A stretch of 63,435 bases of DNA, filler included, from Chiloscyllium plagiosum (lineage: Eukaryota): assembly GCF_004010195.1 (NCBI RefSeq). It is 5 parts of one record of this genome, joined end to end, with 100 filler letters (N's around TTAATTAATTAA, not from the genome) between each part and the next. Parts side by side here need not be neighbours in the genome. Positions count along the whole stretch, not along the records: positions 1 to 17,853 come from NC_057712.1; positions 17,954 to 37,056 come from NC_057712.1; 3 more parts are not named here. The stretch is one strand, 5' to 3'. Positions 12,101 to 25,265 of the stretch are shown here, one piece after another (positions within the stretch are counted from its first letter, which is position 1; every line of letters begins with the position of its first letter). The notes below the pieces were generated by a model. The model had not been told where the DNA came from. It searched no databases and saw only the letters and a list, made by a program, of their open reading frames with translations. The position numbers and the translations under genes were made by a program.

Positions 12101-13332
12101 AATTGTGGGATTTTGAAATGATATTCTGAGAGCTGGAACTCCATATATGTAAAATTATTTTTTTTCAGGGCCGGAGAGGTTGCTCAGAAGAAATCATTAC
12201 TTATTATACCACTAAGAACTTAGTTCACCTATTATTCAACAACGGTTAACATTTTCAGTGGTTTTACAGCATGAATGGTATTTAAGCAATTGATGTCCAT
12301 ATCAGATAAATGGTTCCATGTTGATAACACCTGTGAAAACTGCAGTTGTACATCATTTGGTACTGCAGGATATCACTGACTTAAACTTCCAGTTTATGGT
12401 GGTTTAACTGCATATTTGCGTTCACCATACATTTTATAATATTAACCCGAATTCTGAAAAGTAATGGTGTCTTTTTCTATAGAAAAGATATTCTATACAA
12501 CTGATGGGAAGGCTAACAGTTTTGCTGTCATTACAACCACAAGTTCCTTGTCGTTTATATCATTGCTGCACATTGTTCTCTCTTTATTTGATTTGCCCTG
12601 TCCCAACTATGTTTACTGATGTCTTTCCAAATATTTCTCTCTTGAGTTTCTTTCATGTCTCTTCTCCCATTTGAGGTAAATTCCATTTTGTTATCAGGTG
12701 CAGACTGGACATTCATCAGTTACTGCCTGTTTTCCATCCTGCCTGTTTTCATTAATTTGCATTAAACCGAGTGGAAACACAGTTTGGGAAGGTTGTGCAA
12801 CAAGTTAGTGATATGCTTCCACTTGATGTTAAAGTGAATGCTTGTTCCATTCTGTCTGTTGTTACCATTGCTGTATATTAGTCTAGTGAATATCTAGGTA
12901 CAGCTGTTAATTGTAGAAAATGTTATATTAATGATTGCTACCATTTGGCTTACAATGGAACAATCCTTATAATCAGAATAATTACTCTTTAAGGCCCATA
13001 AGTTTTATGAAGAAAGCCATTTCTGAATGCATCATGGCATTCTCCTGTGATGATAGATCATTTTATCACATATTCCTCTGTCTGATTTCGTTTCGATATA
13101 TGCTCATAATTTTTAACTCTTTTGTGAGCATATTCAATCAGAGAGAACCAGTTTACAACCTGAAATTAAGTTGATCCAATCGTTAGTACAAAAGCATTAA
13201 AACATTTTATAAAGAAAGCCCTGAGGTAAATAGATTTCAGAATTACATATCAGCCATGCTGTATTTTAAACATGCACATATCTAATTGCTGCCACTTGTT
13301 ATGTTTCATAAATAGTCATGATGTAGGGGTGC

Positions 13333-14900
13333 CAGTCAGAAGTCACATGACACCTGGTTATGGTCCAACAGGTTTATTTGAAATCACAAGAGGACTGCCC
13401 CTTCATCAGGTGGAGTGGAGAGAAACACACAGGCAGATAATTTATAGAGAGAGGGATCACTGCAAGATAATTCTAGGTAATTAAGAATGTTAAAAGATAG
13501 TATAAATGGTGTGAGTGGAGTGATGATAGGCGGTAAGGTCCTGGGGAGTTGCTGAACAAAGAGACCTTGGAGCACAGGTTCATAGCTCCTTGAAAGTGGA
13601 GTTGCAGGTAGATAGGATAGTGAAGAAGGCGTTTGGTATGCTTTCCTTTATTGGCCAGAGTATTGAGTACAGGAGTTGGGAGGTCATGTTGTGGCTGTAC
13701 AGGACATTGGTTAGGCCACTGTTGGAATATTGTGTGCAATTCTGGTCTCCTTCCTATCGGAAAGATGTTGTGAAACTTGAAAGGGTTCAGAAAAGATTTA
13801 CAAGGATGTTGCCAGGGTTGGAGGATCTGAGCTACAGGGAGAGGCTGAACAGGCTGGGGCTGTTTTCCCTGGAGCGCCGGAGGCTGAGGGGTGACCTTAT
13901 AGAGGTTTACAAAATTATGAGCGGCATGGATAGGATAAATAGGCAAAGTCTTTTCCCTGGGGTTGGGGAGTCCAGAACTAGAGGGCATGGGTTTAGGGTG
14001 AGAGGGGAAAGATATAAAAGAGACCGAAGGGGCAACTTTTTCACGCAGAGGGTGGTACATGTATGGAATGAGCTGCCAGAGGATGTGGTGGAGGCTGGTA
14101 CAATTGCAACATTTAAGGGCATTTGGATGGGTCCATGAATAGAAAGGGTTTGGAGGGATATGGGCCGGGTGCTGGCAGGTGGGACTATATTGGGTTGGGA
14201 TATCTGGTCAGCATGGACGGGTTGGACCGAAGGGCCTGTTTCCATGCTGTACATCTCTATGACTTTATGACTCTATGAATAACAAGTCTCTGCAGGTCAT
14301 CAAAAGTGTCAGCTGATGTGAGTAAAGAGTATAGCTATGCAGGGATGAACTATGATCTGATTAATTAAAGCAGAGAGATAATTACAAAAAATCAAAAATA
14401 AGATGGTGCTAGAGACAAACCAAATGACTATGACAACATGATAAGTATGACAAGGTTCTAACCAAAGTAACAAGTAATTCAACAGTGTACAAACTAATTA
14501 AGGTGGAGAGAACATAAAAGAAGATGGTGCCGAAACAGGACAGTGAGAAAGATTTTACAGATACGGAACAGTATGGTGGAGTTACACGTAGCGCGACATG
14601 AACCCAAGATCACGGTTGAGGCCATCCTCATGGGTAGGGAACTTTGCTGGGAGGGAACATTCCTGTCTGATGATTGCTGCGTGGTGTCGTAGCATCAGCA
14701 TAGTCTCGTCATTATACCATGTCGCAGGGCATCCTTTCCTGCAGTGTATGAGATAGATAACATTGGCTGAGCCACATAAGTATCTGCTGTGGACGTGGTG
14801 GGTGGTGTTCCCACGTGTGATGATAGTGTCCATGACGATGATCTGGTTTGTCTTGCAGAGGTTGCTGGGGCAGGGTTGTGTGGTGTTATGGTCGATGCTA
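13333..14900 (-). mobile_element. Penelope-like element 3' part (GIY-YIG endonuclease plus terminal repeat), interrupted by a CR1
   Basis: Minus ORF 14582-14833 reads SANVIYLIHCRKGCPATWY...DGLNRDLGFMS. The terminal repeat at 13333-13420 matches 31531-31625. Confidence 0.82.
13531..14278 (+). mobile_element. CR1 (HER1-like) 5'-truncated copy: ORF2 C-terminus, 3'UTR and tail
   Basis: LYRTLVRPLLEYCVQFWSP, LERVQKRFTRMLPG, RRLRGDLIEVYKI and FFTQRVVHVWNELP motifs. Tail is (CTCTATGA)n. Confidence 0.96.
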
Positions 14901-15140
14901 AGACATTGATGGTAGTCTTTGACTTCTTCTCAAAATGACCAGTTTTTCAGCTGTTCTGCAGGCCTGAACCATTCTTGATTTGGATATTCATTAAATTCTA
15001 TTTGTAAGCTGCTGGTGAGGTAGACCCTCAAGATGTTGTTAGAATAGGAATCCACTGAATTAGTTACTTTTAAAAAGTAAAACACTTTCCCTTCACAGAT
15101 TGAAATTAACTTACTCATGCAAGAATGTCTGTACAGGCCG

Positions 15141-15240
15141 GTTCTGAAGAAGGGTCACTGGACTCGAAATGCTAACTATGCTTTCTGTCCACAGATCCAC
15201 CAAACCTGCTGAACTTTTCCAGTGATTTCTGATTTTATTG
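15141..15240 (+). mobile_element. Older PLE terminal-repeat fragment with a hammerhead-like core
   Basis: gttCTGAAGAagggtcactggactcGAAAtgctaac followed by ccacagat...acctgctga. Confidence 0.65.
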
Positions 15241-16178
15241 TCCAAATAGATACTTGCCCTGATATTGAATCAGTTTTATTGTTGTGGATGTCACATAACA
15301 AAAGCCTTGGATGAGGCTCTATGTAATACAGCCAGTGGATGTCTCTTATTGGGATTTGCAATCCAGACTCTTATGTAAAGCCTGGCTTCACAGATTATGG
15401 AACCTAAACCATCTGAAGTCACCAACTTTCAAGAGAGAGAGGAAAGAAAGTTGGAGGTATGCAGGATGACTGAGCAATGCAGCACTTCCAGTTGGAATTG
15501 CACCAGTATGCAATAAATTATGGATAGCCAGATTTTTAATGTTTCTCATCTGTTTTATATGTTGTGTCCTAAATTTCAAACTCTGATTCCACAAGGAACT
15601 GTGATTTGTGAAAGCCCAGATTGGCTCCTCTCCTTTCTGTAAAACATTTTTGATTGTGTTATGCTTCAATAAGATGCTCACAAAAGTGGGCTAAATATAA
15701 GCATGTTTTCCAGTTCAATGCTTTTATTCCATCTGGAACATCATAGGCTGTGCATCTCAATTTTTCAAGATACAATTCCTGTGAGTTTCGCTTCCCTATG
15801 GGAGTGCTGCAGTATGAAATGAATTTTAATTTCTCATTCATATTATAACCCATTGACTACGTTTACATTCTTGATGTTTCAAATTAAACCTTATACATGA
15901 GTTATATTTTAGTTCAACATCTAACTGTGCTCAATAAACTGGAAAGTTTGGGAAATCAGATTGTGAGCTTGAGTTTAAGATTGGGATAAGAAAGAAGGTG
16001 CATTTCTATAGATATCCCTAAAAATACATCATTATTTTAAAGTCTGTACCCTTACTACAAGTTCTCTTCCCTTTTGCATAACTCTCTCAAGGTGAAACAA
16101 TTTTTGGACCACCTCAATGCACTCTTAGATCTCGGCTGGGCTTGAATCATTTTGCCTGTCCACTACCAAGGCAGCTTT

Positions 16179-16497
16179 TTTACATTACATTACATTACAT
16201 TACAGTGTGGAAACAGTACCTTCGGCCCAACAAGTCCACACCGACCCGCCGAAGCGCAACCCACCCATACCCCTACATTTACCCCTTACCTAACACTACG
16301 GGCAATTTAGCATGGCCAATTCACCTGACCTGCACATCTTTGGACTCTGGGAGGAAACCGGAGCACCCGGAGGAAACTCATGCAGACATGGGGAGAACGT
16401 GCAAACTCCACACAGTCAGTCGCCTGAGGCGGGAATTGAACCCAGGTCTCTGGTGCTGTGAGGCAGCAGTGCTAACCACTGTGCCACCGTGCCGCCC
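16179..16497 (-). mobile_element. HE1-type V-SINE, full length
   Basis: Near-identical to 2541-2855, with a (TAATG)n tail. Confidence 0.93.
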
Positions 16498-16647
16498 ATA
16501 ATAGCTTACTATTACCCAACCCCACACTATTTCTGACAGTGAGATGCTAAACCCTTCATCTTTGCTTTTCACACTCACTAATTCCATTATTCTTATTCTT
16601 TCATGACCTGCCAACTACACATTTCTGGATTTGGCATTTTGGCATTT

Positions 16648-16945
16648 CAACTAGGAGAAAGTGAGGACTGCAGATGCTGGAGATCAGAATCGAAGAGTAG
16701 TGCTGGAAAAGCACAGCCGGTCAGGCAGCTTCCAAGGAGCAGGAGAATCGATGTTTCAAGCATAAGCTGTTCTTCAAGGTAGGCATCCTTGAAAGAGGCT
16801 TCACAGTAAGATTATAATCAACTAGGAGAAAGTGATGACTGCGGATGTTGGATTCCTGATAAAAAGCTTATGCTTGGAACGTTGATTGTCCTGCTCCTCG
16901 GATGCTGCCTGACCTGCTGTGCTTTTCCAACACCACACTCTTCAG
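16648..16945. mobile_element. PLE terminal-repeat insertion (tandem plus inverted), 11-bp TSD
   Basis: caactaggagaaagtga occurs twice, followed by an inverted copy. TSD ttttggcattt at 16637-16647 and 16946-16956. Confidence 0.85.
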
Positions 16946-17124
16946 TTTTGGCATTTAAGCCCATGCAAAGCTCTAAGTATCTATCTCATCAAACCCTGCT
17001 CACCCATAGCTCCTTTTGGACCTACGTTGCCATCTTGTTTACTAATGCCTCAAATTTAAAATTATTTTCCTTGTTTTAAATCCTTTCATGCCTTCTTATC
17101 ATTGAAACCAATGTCAGCCAAAAG

Positions 17125-18470
17125 TTTAGCTTTTGGCTGACAGTGACAGTGAGGCAAAGAATAGGGAGAGAGTGCAGTTGAACACGTGGCTGCAAGGCTG
17201 GTGTAGGAGGGAGAGCTTCAGATATTTGGACAATTGGACTGCATTCTGGGGAAGGTGGGACCTGTACAAACAAGACGGGTTGCACCTGAACCAGAAGGGC
17301 ACCAATATCCTGGGGGGTAGGTTTGCTAGCACTCTTCGGGGGGGTTTAAACTAATTTGGCAGGGGGATGGGATCCGGACTTGTAGTCCAGCAAGTAAGCT
17401 AGCTGTGTGTCAGGATGCCCAAGACTGTAGGGAGGCTGTGGAGAAGGTAGCACTGACAGGGACTACTTGCGGACACAGAGACGGGCTCAAGTGCGTATAC
17501 TTCAACGCAAGGAGTATCAGAAACAAGGTGGGTGAACTTAAGGCGTGGAGCGGTACCTGGGACTACGATGTTGTGGCCATCACGGAAACGTGGATAGACA
17601 GGAATGGTTGTTGGAGGTTCCTGGTTACAGATGTTTCAGTAAGATTAGGGAGGGTGGGAAAAAAGGAGGAGGGGTGGCATTGCTAATTAGAAATGCAGAA
17701 AGGAAGTTTGAGGGGGATCTGCCTCTGGAGGTAGTATGGGCTGAAGTCAGAAATAGGAAAGGTGCAGTCACCTTGTTGGGTGTTTACTATAGGCCCCCCA
17801 ATAGCAGCAGAGATGTGGAGAAACAGATGGGGAAACAGATTGTGGAAAGGTGCNNNNNNNNNNNNNNNNNNNNNNNNNNNNNNNNNNNNNNNNNNNNTTA
17901 ATTAATTAANNNNNNNNNNNNNNNNNNNNNNNNNNNNNNNNNNNNNNNNNNNNAGGCCACATTTGGAGTACTGTGTGTAGTTCTGGTCGCCTCACTTTAG
18001 GAAAGATGTGGAAGCTTTGGAGAGGGTGCAGAGAAGATTTACCAGGATGTTGCCTGGAATGGAGAATAGGTCGTACGAGGATAGGTTGAGAGTTCTCGGC
18101 CTTTTCTCGTTGGAACGGCGAAGGATGAGGGGTGACTTGATAGAGGTTTATAAGATGATCAGAGGAATAGATAGAGTAGACAGTCAGAAACTTTTTCCCT
18201 GGGTACAACAGAGTGTTACAAGGGGACATAAATTTAAGGTGAAGGGTGGAAGGTATAGGGGAGATGTCAGGGGTGGGTTCTTTACCCAGAGAGTGGTGGG
18301 GGCATGGAATGCGCTGCCCGTGGGAGTGGTAGAGTCGGAATCATTGGCGACCTTTAAGCGGCATTTGGATAGGTACATGGATGGGTACTTAATCTAGGTT
18401 AGAAGTTCGGCACAACATCGTGGGCCGAAGGGCCTGTTCTGTGCTGTATTGTTCTATGTTCTATGTTCTA
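17125..18470 (+). mobile_element. CR1: ORF1 C-terminus, ORF2 endonuclease, assembly gap, ORF2 C-terminus and tail
   Basis: FWGRWDLYKQDGLHLN, CVYFNARSIRNK, YYRPPN and LERVQRRFTRMLPG motifs. Tail is (TTCTATG)n. Confidence 0.95.
17854..17953. other. Assembly gap with a synthetic linker (44 N, TTAATTAATTAA, 44 N)
   Basis: The same 100-bp construct occurs four times in the window. Confidence 0.97.
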
Positions 18471-19562
18471 ATTCCTTGTTGCCCATACTCTGGCCTCCTG
18501 TGCATCTGCTGGCCTTGGTCATGCTCCTTGAAAGAACTGCCTTGTCTAGGGCCAACTGCTTCCAATAGCAAACAAGCAGCTATGGGGGTTTCTCGCTAAT
18601 AATGGTTTATGTAAATGTAGAAGTTGTTGTCTTGGTTGAACTATAAATTAAAATATTTGTAAAGTGTTACAGCAAAAAAATGTTGTCATTATGTTCTGAG
18701 AACTGAAATTGTGTGAAATTGTGCTTTTCCTGCTGCCAGAGATAAGCCAGACTTGAAATTAAAGTGTGATATAGTGTGATACAGGAAAAAAAAGGTAACT
18801 TGTTTAGAGATCACTGATCTCAGGCTTGAAGTCTATGTGTTCAACACTGACACCCTGGATAAACCAAAAATTCTATTGGTTTAATCTCTGAAATTAAATT
18901 TTTAAAGAATACTACAGTGGAAACTAATTGTACACATCATTGGTGAATCACTGTAAAGATGTGAATATGGGTTGGGTATTTTTCTAATTAAGTGTAGGTA
19001 CTGTATTTTTGTAACTGTTATTCCGAATCTATAATTAGCTTTATGCATGAGAGAACAGTTGTAATTAACAGGCACATCTGTCAGCACTTCAGAGTAAAGA
19101 CTTGTAGACGTATTGCTAAATCTGAACATATTTATGGACATAAAAACCTTAAACTGCTCATTATTGTGGCCATGGCTAAATCAATTCCAAAGCAGATCAT
19201 ATTGCCCTTTACTGCCATCAGTTTCATTGTGTTGTTATCTTGTATAGAGGTTCATGGCAGTAAAGCCTGACTAATGTATTGGCCAGATTCTGTCTCTAAC
19301 AGAACACATGAAATATGCAGTAAGTTTGATTTACGTATGATGAGATGATGAGACAAGGTTGCTTATCATGTTATTGAGTTGAATAGATCTCTTTGAATAA
19401 ACTGCTTCAAAGATACTTAAGAAAATAATTTTGAGTGAAAAGGAAACACATACTGATGGAATTCATCATTGCCATTGTTCTGATCTCTTTGGGAGATCTC
19501 ACTCTTTTCACATCAGTCCCATTGGCATAAGGTGAGGGTTAGTTTCCTTTTCAACCAACTAA

Positions 19563-19658
19563 CCGACAGTTTCCAGTTCACCCTCAGGTCCCTGATATAA
19601 ACCCTTGGCTCCGACAGTTTTCAGTTCACCCTCAGGTCCCTGATATAAACCCTTGGCT
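19563..19658 (+). repeat. 48-bp tandem duplication (2 copies, 1 mismatch)
   Basis: ccgacagttt(c/t)cagttcaccctcaggtccctgatataaacccttggct x2. Confidence 0.95.
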
Positions 19659-20639
19659 TCCTTGCAGGCCAATGTTTTTCACACAGCTTTTAGGATTTAG
19701 TTCCTCTTTACTCAATTGTGCATCACTTCTCCAAGCGCTTCTAAAATTCTATTTTCCTTCCTAATGCCAAAATGAAAATTGACTATTTTGCAGAAAGCTT
19801 GGCTTGCTCCTAAACACACCAGGATTTTACAGTTGTGTCCTCCTATGGGTTTGTTTGTGTCTGCTTGCTGAATGCTTTCTGCTTTCAATTCCACTTTGTG
19901 TCTCGGTCATACAATATTTTGTCTTAATTTCTGTCCTGTCGGTACTGCTTCCAGGTTTGGGGTTGTCAGATCACATTGACCGCTATTTCTTGTTATCCAA
20001 GATAATTTGAATTGGTCCCTTGACAATTATTGTAAACTCTTAAAAGTTATTTTCAAAGATGCAAAAAAACAATTACAGGCATTTTAAATAGACCTTTTTT
20101 TCAGTATTGTTTCTGGGTTAACGTGACTAATAGCTTTTAAAAAGAAAGCAAAATAATGTCCAATTCAACTGTACGGAAGTAAAAGTATATTTTAAAATTA
20201 TTTTAGTGATGACAGCCGACTTGGATTTGCAACTAGCCTGACATTAAAGTGCTAAATCAAGATTAATGGAGAGATAAGTCATTAACCATAGGTATTTCAG
20301 CTTCAAGCATGCATGTTCAGCACAGCATGTCATTGGGCTTAGAAACTAACTCCGGCTTATATTTCAGTACTCAAAGCAAAGTATTCAAGCATAATAGTAT
20401 TTCTTATTAACTGATCATGTTTCCATTCCATAATGGAATAGGCTGTTGGAAGGATGCTGTGTTGCAGGTCACTGAACAAGGCTGACACCATTTGCTTACT
20501 CTGAAACTGACAAGGGAATATTCAAAGTAGGTTAATGAATGCAGTCATGCCTTGAGGTCAGAAAAAAGCTCCACAGGGAAAAAAAGAAAAAAATTACTGT
20601 TATGTATTTTTAATGCAAATGTGTATCAAGCAAGGTAAA

Positions 20640-21800
20640 GGCAAGGTGAGATTCTTTTATCTTTCTCTGTGTAAAGAGGCAGAGGTGGCATTTAGGGCAT
20701 CGGTGTGCTCTTTCTGCCAGATGTGGGAGATCAGGGAGCAGTCTCGTGTCCCTGGTGACTGTGTCTGCAGGAAGAGTAATGGGCTGCAGCTCCTCACAGA
20801 CCTCGTGGTTCAGGTGGAGCAGCAGTTGGACACACTGAGGTGCATACAGGGGACAGAGCTTGTGACAGACACTAGTTACAGGGAGGTGGTTATATTACAG
20901 CTTCAGTCAGGTAGATGGGTGAGTGCTCAGAGAGGCAGGCACGTAATGCAGGAGGCTCCTGTGGCTATTTCCCTCTCTAACAGGTATACCCTTTTGGATA
21001 CTGTTGTGGGGGATAGCCTCTCAGGGGAGCTTAACAGCAGCAGCCAGGCCTGTGGCACCACAACTGGTTCTGCTATAGAGTGGGGTTGGACAAGATCCAA
21101 GTGAGTGATAGTGGTTGGAGACTCTCGAGATAAGGGCATGAACAGACATTTCTGTACCGCTGTTCAAGACTCCAGGGTGGTGTGTTGCCCTCCCTGGTTG
21201 CCAGGGCCAAGGACATCTGAACAGTTGTGTGTATTTATGGGGGAGGGTAAGCAGCCAGAGGTCGTAGTGCACATTGGTACCAATAACACAGATAGACAGA
21301 GGGATGAGGTCCTGAGGAGTGGGTACAGGGAATTGAGAAAGAGGCTGAAAAGTAGGACCTCGAGGGTAGTAATCTCTGGGTTACTACCAGTGTCATGTGC
21401 CGGTGAGGGAAGGAGTAGAAAGATGGGAGAGATGAATGTGAGGCTAAGGAGCTGGTGTGGGGGGCACAGTTTCAGGTTCTTGGATCATTGGGACCTCTTC
21501 TGGGGCAGAGGGGACCTGTACAAGAGGGATGGGTTGCACCTAAACTGGAGGGGAACCAATATCCTCACAGGGAGGTTCACTAGTGCTGCTTAGGAAGGTT
21601 TAAACTAGAGTGGCAGGGGGCTGGGAACCAGAACAGCAGGTCAGCAAGTGGAGGGTTTGAGAGGAAGGTAGATGTTAGGATCAGTATATCAGAAAGAAGG
21701 GACAGGCAGAGACAGGTAAATGAACATGATGGTACTAATGGGCTGAACTGTATTTATTTCAATGCAAGGATTATTATAGGTAAGGCAAATGAGCTGAGAG
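20640..21800 (+). mobile_element. CR1 ORF1 (zinc finger plus SGNH esterase), degraded, and start of ORF2
   Basis: CSFCQMWE, VVGDS, VVVHIGTNN and DLYKRDGLHLN motifs, then ORF2-start CIYFNAR. Confidence 0.92.
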
Positions 21801-21922
21801 GCATTCAGTTAGCTCAGAGATACCGAGCATGATAGCAACTAAGAGTTTTTGGGATCATTTTCACTTTCAGTGCTTGGGTGGTGGATTGAGTGGGTAGATC
21901 ACTTGCTTATTACAGAAATCAT

Positions 21923-22072
21923 CGAGGAGAAAGTGAGGTCTGCAGATGCTGGAGATCAAAGTTGAAACTTTATTGCTGGAACAGCACAGCAGGTCAGGGA
22001 ACAGGAGATTCGACGTTTCGGGCACAGGCCCTTCCTGACCTGCTGTGCTGTTCCAGCAATAAAGTTTCAACC
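21923..22072. mobile_element. Fold-back PLE mini-insertion, 15-bp TSD
   Basis: Perfect 38-bp inverted repeat at 21961-21998 and 22034-22071. TSD tattacag(a/c)aatcat at 21908-21922 and 22073-22087. Confidence 0.88.
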
Positions 22073-24257
22073 TATTACAGCAATCATTCAACATGGAAAT
22101 ATGCAGCTTGGTGTTTATATTCTGAATGTTCACTTAATTTGAAGTAAGACATTTGAATAATTCATATTTGGTCCAGTTGTAAGTTTTTGGCATTCAACTT
22201 AACTTTAATTTTAAGACATCAATTGCAGTTATACACTGAGTTTTGAAAGAGAGTCAATCGAAAGTCTACTAGTCATAATTAGTTACAAAACCCTTTCCAT
22301 GTACAAATATGTTTTTACATGTTTCACCGGATTAAAGATGTTTATCATAACGAGTACAAAAGAAATAAAACTTAATAAAAGAAGGAGATGCATTTTGTGA
22401 CTCTGACTGACTGAGGGCCAGCGTCCTCCTCTTTTCTGTTGACTGAAATTCTTCCTCTGTCCTTTCTCTGGTCTTCCTCTGTTCTCTCTGTTACTAGCCC
22501 TTTATTAACTGCGACCAAATAAATGACCAAATACACCCTGAAGTCTAATTGGTTTATCAGTGCAAGAATATTTTATGGTCAGTCTGGGAATGGAAGTGGC
22601 TGCATTTCTTGGCTGGGTAGGGGGTGGAACCTATGGTAAAACAGAACCTAGACTTGCTCTATCTGGCTGCTCTGATCGATATGAAGTAATTTTTATTTTC
22701 TTGCACCTTCAGTAGCTTTTCTGACTTCCCAACAGCTTCACCTTTGTACATCACAAGTCGCTAATGTACACTTTTCCCCATCGAAGTTCTTCTCAATTGT
22801 TAGAGGGTTTCTCAGGAAGGTCAGCAGTCATGAATGCTGAGATTAACCTTGCTGCCTGTAACCATCTCTATCCAGTTTTTATTTTGCTTCAAACGACGTG
22901 GCATCATGGACCACTACATGGTGAATGCAACGTTGATGCTTCTTGGATAATGCAATGTGAGTAAATAATGATGTTTCTCAACAGCGATCAAGGGAACATC
23001 TTTCCTGCCCATACATGATTGGAAATGAGGAATGTAATTCCTACTTGGGTGTCACCTTCCATGCTGTTATCCAGTGAAAACTTTAAAGTTGATCATGGTG
23101 GTGCCCCAACAAAATCTCGATTAATGTATGTTTGCATCACAAATTGGTTTTACAATATTCCCCTTTGTGGGTTTCAAATGTAGAGAAGTCTAAATGCTTA
23201 ATGCTGTGGAAGTATGATCATTGGGACCCTGCAGCACACAACCGACAGATGCCATGCACGGACATTTTTCTGTAATGCAGCAGGACTGACTGATCCTCTC
23301 TGATATGTCAGGACCAATGAAACCGGTTTTATGAAGTGGCTCCTAAAATACTGACCACTACAGACAAGGCATGGATGTCTTTGCAGCTAATATTTTATTT
23401 TCCCATGTTCCTGTCTAAATTATTTAGCATTAGGCAATCCTTCAAAGAAGTGCCCATTCTCACCATTCTGTGTTTTGTGATTTAGATAACAACACTAGCT
23501 GAGAATAGTAATGGAAAGTATTAGCATGGTAAAGAAAGGATTAAAAAACAGCAAGAACTAAAGTGGGGAGGGGTACACAGAAATAATCTAAAGAAAATAT
23601 TTCCTCAGTTCTGTGTTTTCATTTGGTTTCTGAAAAATCGTTAATGAAATAAAATGGACCTCAGATTTTCCTGGATAAGAGAAATTTGTTAAACTCTAGG
23701 TTAATTTTTAAGTGTTTACAGAGGGATCAATCACGTACCTTGTATTTGCCTGATGGCTGCAGAGATTTTTGTGTTTGGACTTGTAGGTGTAACCTTAAAG
23801 GGAAAGATTTGATAGTAACATCAGTTGCACAGTTTATGTACCACAAATGCTCATTTTATTTTGCAAAAAGGAGTTTAGTATTGAGGGACAAAACAACATA
23901 TGTAATGCAGGTGTCACAACATGGATTTAACAGTTGCAAATATTATATAACGCCCTTCCTGCAACAGGGAATGGTTAAACCGGTCAATTATTGGGTTGGT
24001 TAGTCTGATGTCAGTGGTGAAAACTTTGTTGATAATATTCTGAGTCAGTGTTAATTGGTGTTGGAAAAGTATAGCGTAATAAATTATGATAGTGTGGACT
24101 TTTTAAAGAAAATTTGCATTCAACTAATTTGATTGGGATTGATGAATTAACAAAGAGATGAGGGTGGTACAGTGTTTTGGTCTTTATAAAAGTGTTTGTT
24201 AAAGTACTATGTAATGATCTGTTTCTAGAATAAATGTCTATGGGATTAAAAAGGATA

Positions 24258-24395
24258 TTTCTTTACTCGTTTGACATGTGAGCGTTACTGGCTAGGACAG
24301 CATTTATTACACATGCCTATTTGCCCAAAAGACAGTTAAGAGTCAACCACACTGCCACATATGTGGGCCAGACTGATGGCAGAATTCCTTCCTTC
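24258..24395 (-). mobile_element. 3' fragment of the second SINE family
   Basis: cagcatttatt...cagttaagagtcaaccac matches 3272-3674. Confidence 0.7.
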
Positions 24396-24402
24396 TAGAG
24401 AA

Positions 24403-24853
24403 GTGCATGAGTGCGTGCATTTAAGTATGAGAGTGTGAGTGCATGTGAGGGATGTATGCTTGCATGTGTGAAAGCTTGGTAAAGTGTGTGTGTGGATATG
24501 ATGGAGTATAGCCTGTCAGAGAGAGAGAGTGTGTGTGTGTATATATATAGTGTGACATGAACCCAAGGTCCCAGTTGAGGCCATCCCTATGGGTACCGAA
24601 CTTGACTATCAGGCTGTGCTCGGCCACTTTGCGTTGTTGCCTATCCTGAAGTCCACCTTGGAGGTCCGAGGCTGAATGTTCCAGATCGCTGAAGTGTTCC
24701 CCGACTGGGAGGGAACATCCCTGTCTGGCGATTGTTGTGCAGTGTCCATTAATCCGTTGTCATAGCGTCTGCTTGGGCTCGACATGCTCGCCAATGTACC
24801 ATGCCTCAGGGCATCCTTGTCTGCAGCATATGAGATAGACATCGCTGGCCAAG
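24403..24853 (-). mobile_element. PLE GIY-YIG endonuclease C-terminus and 3'UTR
   Basis: Minus translation VYLICCRQGCPEAWYIGE...SLPVGEHFS...EHSLIVKFGTHRDGLNWDLGFMSHY. Confidence 0.88.
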
Positions 24854-25029
24854 ACTGGTGATGAGCTGCACTGGGGATGAGGGGTATCGTGAATTACTCT
24901 GCTGTCCCTATTTTAACAGGGGACACTCCTCTTGAATTGCAATCTAATCTATCGCCTTCCATCATTCATTTTAACAAATATGTATCCATCTAACAAATAA
25001 CTTGGCACCAAACCAACCATTGCAAGTAA

Positions 25030-25265
25030 ATAAAAACAAGATACTGCAGATTCTGGAAATTTGAAACAAAAATTTGAAAGTGCAGGAGAAAGTCTGGCAG
25101 CATCTGTGGGGAGAGAAACGGTGAGGATTTTGAGGCCAGGATAACTCCTTCAGAACTGGTTAACTTCTGATGAATAGTCACGTCCAACATGAAACGGTAA
25201 TTCAGTTTCTTTCTCCACAGATGCTACCAGACCTGCTGAGTTTCTCCTGCACTTTGTGTTTCCAG
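25030..25265. mobile_element. Older fold-back PLE element
   Basis: Opposed arms (gtctggcagcatctgtgg and ccacagatgctaccagac), with CTGATGA at 25167. Confidence 0.72.

Larger units (their letters stand above)
16040..18630 (+). mobile_element. Ancient L2-type LINE 3' part, split by younger insertions
   Basis: Collinear degraded pieces at 16040-16178, 16500-16640, 16957-17095 (tttaaaatt..ccttgttttaaatcc..catg, resembling FKILxLVFKSLH) and 18470-18630, which ends tatgtaaatgtagaagttgttgt. Confidence 0.5.

Noticed and set aside
12169..12280. Strong T-tract acceptor tttttttcag|G
   Set aside because: No convincing donor or recognisable reading frame follows.
13473..14060. 195-aa minus ORF (and 59588-60061)
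   Set aside because: Antisense shadow of CR1 ORF2.
16142..16501. Recurring ORFs ending CEAAVLTTVPPCR (also 31832-32335 and 34114-34635)
   Set aside because: These are antisense translations of HE1 SINEs, not a gene family.
17368..17853. High similarity to 55450-55955, suggesting a segmental duplication
   Set aside because: The similarity is confined to CR1 sequence and the flanks are unrelated, so these are two copies of one young subfamily.
17898..17909. TTAATTAATTAA palindrome, also at 37101, 56357 and 61498
   Set aside because: It is always centred in 44+44 N and gives stops in all six frames, so it is a scaffolding linker and not biology.
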